Source of the DNA: an uncultured virus (IMG/VR IMGVR_UViG_3300009784_000011)
Taxonomy: Duplodnaviria > Heunggongvirae > Uroviricota > Caudoviricetes
DNA: 20,000 bases
Strand: one strand, 5' to 3'
Virus record (IMG/VR): IMGVR_UViG_3300009784_000011
Location: 53,302 to 73,301 of that record
The notes beneath the pieces are model-generated. The model saw only the letters and a program-made list of their open reading frames with translations, was not told where the DNA came from and ran no database searches. The position numbers and the translations under genes were made by a program. Positions within the stretch are counted from its first letter, which is position 1. The number at the start of each line of letters is the position of its first letter. Below are positions 15,720 through 20,000 of the stretch, piece by piece.

Positions 15720-16060
15720 CCGGCGCCGGATCTCTCAGGTGCACCTGGTGCGGGGCGCTGCCGGGAACGCCGTGCATGGTCCCGGCCGGCCCGGGCGCCA
15801 AGAAGAAACTTTTCCCGCGCGCACCGCTGCGCCTGTCGAGTTACCACCCCAGCCGCATCGAGGCCGCAATGAAGCTGGATGGCGCCACAGAGGCCGAAAT
15901 CGAGCAGCGGGTGACCGGAGTGCTCGGCGCGGCGGTCAACGCCGCCAGGGAGATCCTGGGGGATCGTAAACCCACGACCTACATCGCTGAGCCAGAGATC
16001 AAACCCACCGAGAAACCACAAGAACCACAGGCACCGGAAGGAGAACCCACAGATGCCTGA
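15716..16060 (+). CDS. zinc-finger protein
   Basis: ATGA overlap; CTWCGALPGTPC...HPSR motif. Confidence 0.7.
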   Translation: MTGAGSLRCTWCGALPGTPCMVPAGPGAKKKLFPRAPLRLSSYHPSRIEAAMKLDGATEAEIEQRVTGVLGAAVNAAREILGDRKPTTYIAEPEIKPTEKPQEPQAPEGEPTDA

Positions 16061-16403
16061 TGTCACCCTTTCCGGCAAGCTTCCCGGCGGCAACGCCAAT
16101 GGCCTGTCGCAGATCATCAAGTCGTTGATCGAGGAGCCCGATCGTGTCCATGCGCTGATGGTGCTGGTGTCCACGGCCAAGCTGGTGACCGAGGTGGATA
16201 CCGGCGAGACTGTGCCGGCACTGCGCATCCGTCGCGTCGAGGTCATCCGCGACGAGGACTTGGCCCAGGCCCAAGGGCTCATCCTGCGCTCATGGGAGGA
16301 ACGCAACGGCGGCCAGGTGTTGCCCCAGGATGTCGCTGACGAAGTCAGCCAGCTCGGTCTGGGACGTGAGATCGACCTGACGCCACCCGAGGTCGCCGAG
16401 TGA
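16053..16403 (+). CDS. hypothetical phage protein
   Basis: AAGGAG SD, overlapping gene junctions, typical codon usage. Confidence 0.75.
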   Translation: MPDVTLSGKLPGGNANGLSQIIKSLIEEPDRVHALMVLVSTAKLVTEVDTGETVPALRIRRVEVIRDEDLAQAQGLILRSWEERNGGQVLPQDVADEVSQLGLGREIDLTPPEVAE

Positions 16404-16678
16404 ACAAACACGACCCCGCCTACGCCCAGTCCCTGCGTCTGGTCATGGGGCATCTCGTCGACCCGCACGACGCTGCACCGATCCAAGCGGTCATGGCCGA
16501 CATCGAGCGCATCGTGGGTGACGGTTCCGGCAGTCACGAGAAGTTCGTCGGCTGCATCGTGCGGCTCATGCAGGCGCTCACCAGCGCCGCCGGTGCGTTC
16601 GCCCTGATCGCCTTCCGCAGCTCTGACGAGGCGACCAGAGTCCTGGCGCAGATGATCGACATGGAAATCTCGGCGTAG
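16400..16678 (+). CDS. hypothetical protein
   Basis: GTGA overlap with the previous gene. Confidence 0.65.
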   Translation: MNKHDPAYAQSLRLVMGHLVDPHDAAPIQAVMADIERIVGDGSGSHEKFVGCIVRLMQALTSAAGAFALIAFRSSDEATRVLAQMIDMEISA

Positions 16679-16680
16679 CC

Positions 16681-17670
16681 GTGTACTACCACGACGAGCA
16701 GATCACGCTGTATCACGGCGACGCGCTGGCGATCGCCCGGCAGCTGCCCGAGGACAGCGTGAACTGCATCTGCACCAGCCCGCCCTATTTCGGGCTGCGC
16801 AACTACGGCGACCCGGGCCAGTACGGGCACGAGCCTTCCGTCGCCGAGTACGTCGAACGGCTGCGCGTGCTGTTCGCCGAGCTGCGCCGGGTGCTGGCCG
16901 ACGACGGCACGGCGTGGCTCAACATCGGCGAGAGCTACGCGCGCAAGAACATGCTGGGGATTCCCTGGAGTGTGGCGCTCGCGCTCCAGGCCGATGGCTG
17001 GTTCCTGCGCAACGCGATCGTGTGGGAGAAGATCAAGACCGTGCCGGAGTCCGTGGTCGACCGGCTCTCCAACCGCTACGAGCACATCTTCCTGCTTTCC
17101 AAGGCCGCGAACTATTGGTTCGATCTCGATCCGATCCGTGACGAGCGCAAGGACCCCAAGCCCGACGCCGGCTGGTCACAGTGGGACCAGCATCCCTACC
17201 AGCCCAGCGAACGGCTCAAGGGGATGCCTGAGCGCAAGGCCAAGTGCCGGGAGCTGCTGAGCCAGGGTGTGGGCCAGGAGAAGGCGGCGGAGCTTGCGGG
17301 CGTCAGCAAGGGTGTGGCGTGGGAGCTGGCCAACGGCATCGAGCGCGGTATTCACAAGCGGTCGCGCAAGGCCACCGGCGACGTCAACCGCGGCACCAAC
17401 CCCGGCGACGTGTGGAAAATCTGCACCGAGTCCGTGCCGGGTCACCCGGCGGTGTATCCGCTCGCACTGCCGGCGCGCTGCATCGTCGCCGGCTGTAAAC
17501 CCGGCGGGACCGTGCTCGATCCGTTCTCCGGCTCGGGAACGACCGGCCTGGCGGCCCAGCAGCTCGGGCGCAGCTACATCGGCATCGACATCAACGCGCA
17601 ATACCTCGACCTGTCGCTGCGCACCCGGCTGGCCGGGCGGCTGATGGACTTCGGGGAGACGGGAGCCTGA
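16681..17670 (+). CDS. orphan DNA amino-methyltransferase (N6_N4_Mtase, beta class, probably m4C)
   Basis: TSPPY (motif IV) precedes VLDPFSGSGTT (motif I); also HPAVYP and YIGIDIN. Confidence 0.92.
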   Translation: MYYHDEQITLYHGDALAIARQLPEDSVNCICTSPPYFGLRNYGDPGQYGHEPSVAEYVERLRVLFAELRRVLADDGTAWLNIGESYARKNMLGIPWSVALALQADGWFLRNAIVWEKIKTVPESVVDRLSNRYEHIFLLSKAANYWFDLDPIRDERKDPKPDAGWSQWDQHPYQPSERLKGMPERKAKCRELLSQGVGQEKAAELAGVSKGVAWELANGIERGIHKRSRKATGDVNRGTNPGDVWKICTESVPGHPAVYPLALPARCIVAGCKPGGTVLDPFSGSGTTGLAAQQLGRSYIGIDINAQYLDLSLRTRLAGRLMDFGETGA

Positions 17671-17671
17671 C

Positions 17672-17890
17672 GTGGGCGGTGGCCTGAGAGTCAACATCAA
17701 CGGCGGCGAGGACCAGGGTGGCGAGCCCACCGGCGAGTTCGAGGCGTTGCAGCGCGACGACGGCCTGTGGCGCTGGCGCTACGTGTCGCCCAACGGCGCG
17801 GAATACCTGGGCGCGGACTGGTACAAATCTAAGTCCAGCGCGCTCAAGGCCGGTCGCGCGTGGCTCACCAAAAAGCAGAAGCGCCGGTGA
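17672..17890 (+). CDS. DUF1508/YegP-like protein
   Basis: FE....DGLWRWRYVSPNG.......YKSKSSA pattern. Confidence 0.65.
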   Translation: MGGGLRVNINGGEDQGGEPTGEFEALQRDDGLWRWRYVSPNGAEYLGADWYKSKSSALKAGRAWLTKKQKRR

Positions 17891-17902
17891 TACGTTGCCC
17901 CA

Positions 17903-18433
17903 ATGCCGCGCCGGAAACGGTCCGTGGACAGCGACGAGGGCTGGGAGTTCATCATCCCGGAGCGAGTTCCTTTGCCGCTGGGCCGGCGCACCGTGCGGCC
18001 TCCCGTCGAGCCGATCTGCCCGGCCTGCTGCACTCCCGTTGACATTGCTGAGGGCGGCCGTATCGGGCCTCACAAGGACGCAGACGGCCGTTTATGCCCG
18101 ATGGGTGCCGGAGGGCCAGGATGGACCGAGCAGGACAGCAGGGACGCTGTAGCGGGCCGCTCCGGCGGCATCTGCGAGTTCTGCCAGATGTGCTCGGCCC
18201 GCGACATGCACCACCGCAAGAGCCGGGGTGTGGGCGGTCCCTGGACGCCGGCCAACCTGCTGCACCTGTGCCGGGGATGTCATCGCCGGGCCACCGAGCA
18301 CCCGGCCTGGGCGCGCGGCTTTGGCCTGGTGATCTGGCGCCGCGACGACCCGGCCAAGATTCCCGTAATTCGGGAGAACATGACGCGCTTCCAGCCCAGC
18401 GACGACGTAACGACGAGAGGACCCCGGGGGTGA
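17903..18433 (+). CDS. HNH endonuclease
   Basis: RSGGICEFC...DMHHRKSRGVGG....NLLHLCRGCH; extra N-terminal CPAC...H...CP Zn motif. Confidence 0.85.
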   Translation: MPRRKRSVDSDEGWEFIIPERVPLPLGRRTVRPPVEPICPACCTPVDIAEGGRIGPHKDADGRLCPMGAGGPGWTEQDSRDAVAGRSGGICEFCQMCSARDMHHRKSRGVGGPWTPANLLHLCRGCHRRATEHPAWARGFGLVIWRRDDPAKIPVIRENMTRFQPSDDVTTRGPRG

Positions 18434-18642
18434 AGTTGCTGCTGCGCACGTTCTTTCTGGCGGCGGTGATCGCCAACGTCATCGCCTACATCACCACGCG
18501 TGACGTTGATAAACTGGTGGATGCCGGCCTGGTGTTCACGATCATGCTGTTGGTCGATGCTCTATGGAGGGCCCACGCTTTCAACACCCAATGCCTGCGA
18601 CTGCTCGAACTCGAGCGATCCAACGTCTGGGCCGACGATTAA
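18430..18642 (+). CDS. small 2-TM membrane protein
   Basis: GTGA overlap; MKLLLRTFFLAAVIANVIAY...LVDAGLVFTIMLLVDALW. Confidence 0.7.
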   Translation: MKLLLRTFFLAAVIANVIAYITTRDVDKLVDAGLVFTIMLLVDALWRAHAFNTQCLRLLELERSNVWADD

Positions 18643-18705
18643 GACCATCGGCGGGCGCGTCAAACCGGGCTTTTACATGTCTGAGTTCACCGGCAAGGGC
18701 GGATC

Positions 18706-19041
18706 ATGACCCCCTCCTTTCGGGGAGAGTCCGTTCCTGCGCGCCCGCCGAACCCCCACATCGCCGATCGCGTCGAGATTCGCCACGAATGTGACTGCCC
18801 CAGCGCCACTGTGCGGCCCCGGGGCGGTCACCCCGAGCACGTCTTCACCGTGGACGGGGTCGACTTCCCCTGGTATATCACCGAGTCCGGCCCGAGCATC
18901 GCGCGCGTCTTCGATGACCTCTACGAGATCACCGTCACGTTCTACGCGCACGAGGTGGACGCTAGCGGCGTCGACGTGATCGACGCACGATCCAGATCAG
19001 CGCCCACAGCAGAAACTTCCACCACATCTAGTCATCCATGA
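18706..19041 (+). CDS. hypothetical protein
   Basis: 111 aa; HVFTVDGVDFPWYITESGP; typical codon usage. Confidence 0.65.
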   Translation: MTPSFRGESVPARPPNPHIADRVEIRHECDCPSATVRPRGGHPEHVFTVDGVDFPWYITESGPSIARVFDDLYEITVTFYAHEVDASGVDVIDARSRSAPTAETSTTSSHP

Positions 19042-19243
19042 ACAGCAGCCGGGTGGCGCCCACCGGGCCGATCGCGATCATCTCGTTGATGTTGTCGTAG
19101 ATCCCCAGGCGCAGCTGCTCGTCCCACCAGCGCAGCGCGACCATCCCATCGCTGAACACCACACCCTCGGCCACGGCCAGCTTGCCGTCGAGCACGAACC
19201 GGCGCATCGAACCGCGCTGGAATTCCCTCAGTCGGCGTGCCAC
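19028..19243 (-). CDS. hypothetical phage protein
   Basis: RRFVL...VAEGVVFSDGMVALRW motif recalled from actinophages; start is GTG 19243 (GGAGG upstream) or ATG 19207. Confidence 0.7.
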   Translation of the reverse strand: MARRLREFQRGSMRRFVLDGKLAVAEGVVFSDGMVALRWWDEQLRLGIYDNINEMIAIGPVGATRLLFMDD

Positions 19244-19650
19244 GTCCCCTCCGTAGACCATGCGGTAGCCACGTTATCGGAGCCGGCCCGAAGTTCGACG
19301 CAGACAAGCTGGGTCAGCGGCAGGGCATGGATGGCACGACGCGCCAGCTCGCAGGCGATCGCCTCGGTGCTGGGCGGTCCCTCGATCACATAGTGCTTGA
19401 GCTTGTGCTCGCGCAGATAGGACAGGAACTCATCGTCGCGGCCGACCAGGAAGCCATGGTCGAACAGCTCCGCGACCATCACCCGCAGGATGGCCTTGAT
19501 CGCGTCGAACTCCATCGTGCCGTGCACGAAACTGAACACCGCACGGTAGGTGTGACCGTGCAGGTTGCCGCACTTAGCCGCCGAACCCGACAGCCCTAGC
19601 ACGCGATGGCCCGCGGAGAAGTCGCAGCCCACCGACACCGTGACGGTCAC
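19228..19650 (-). CDS. queD: QueD-like 6-carboxytetrahydropterin synthase
   Basis: FSAGHR, KCGNLHGHTY, FDHGFL and PSTEAIA T-fold motifs. Confidence 0.88.
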   Translation of the reverse strand: MTVTVSVGCDFSAGHRVLGLSGSAAKCGNLHGHTYRAVFSFVHGTMEFDAIKAILRVMVAELFDHGFLVGRDDEFLSYLREHKLKHYVIEGPPSTEAIACELARRAIHALPLTQLVCVELRAGSDNVATAWSTEGTWHAD

Positions 19651-19670
19651 GGCAAGCCACCGCGGCGAGG

Positions 19671-20000
19671 TTACTCGTCGTCGCCGGTGTCCTCGACGTC
19701 CTTGTGCTCTTTCTTATCCTTGTGCTCGCGCTTGCGGTCGTCGTCCTTGTCGGGCTTGTCCTTGTCCTTGTGCTCGCGCTTGCGGTCCTTGTCGTCATCC
19801 TTGTCAGGCTCGCGGTCCTTGTGCTCGCGCTTGCGGTCCTTGTCGTCCTTGTCGTCCTCGCGCTCCTTGTGCTCGCGCTCGGGCTTCTTGTCGTCGTCGA
19901 CCGTCTCCTCACCGGCACCGTGCTTGCCGGGGAACTTGTCCTTGTCGGCGCGCTCGGAGCTGATCTTGGTGGTGTTGGTGGCCACCTCGGCATCGGCCCG
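19671..20000 (-). CDS. highly charged low-complexity repeat protein; may begin beyond the window
   Basis: Frame is open to base 20000; DRKREHKD repeats. Confidence 0.7.
   Translation of the reverse strand, partial: RADAEVATNTTKISSERADKDKFPGKHGAGEETVDDDKKPEREHKEREDDKDDKDRKREHKDREPDKDDDKDRKREHKDKDKPDKDDDRKREHKDKKEHKDVEDTGDDE
19717..19879. repeat. tandem repeat, period 48-51 bp
   Basis: tccttgtgctcgcgcttgcggtc at 19717, 19765 and 19816, with a partial copy at 19864. Confidence 0.9.

Noticed and set aside
16681..18433. Type II restriction-modification pair (methylase + HNH)
   Set aside because: Both are common stand-alone phage families and are separated by another gene; nothing indicates a shared target.
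18643..18709. Tiny ORF MSEFTGKGGS* coupled to 18706
   Set aside because: No SD or other support; ten codons can arise by chance.
19690..19880. CRISPR array
   Set aside because: Intervening sequences are themselves similar, the period is a multiple of 3 and coding, and there are no cas genes.

Overview
High-GC actinobacteriophage or prophage DNA, mycobacteriophage-like. From left to right it holds: the 3' part of a long Gly-rich minor tail/fibre gene and two small tail-type genes; a lysis cassette (peptidase + GH19 endolysin, no lysin B, five membrane-protein genes); and a patchwork of small divergent genes at 7-9.7 kb with no integrase visible. Next come a ParB-N protein, a class I SAM methyltransferase, a NUMOD4-HNH endonuclease and a RecE/RecT pair. 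An AT-richer control region precedes an iteron-containing replication initiator and a helicase-loader-like gene, followed by a DNA methylase, an HNH gene, and on the minus strand queD and a highly charged repeat ORF. The most striking unexplained structures are: (1) convergent sigma-A-like promoters around a 13-bp hairpin plus a leader ORF coupled to the initiator, resembling antisense-RNA replication control; (2) a dispersed quasi-palindrome GCCCGAATCCGGGCA; (3) a peptidoglycan-binding-domain/holin fusion; and (4) a 15-bp bidirectional leaderless promoter. All calls come from reading motifs by eye; no searches were run.
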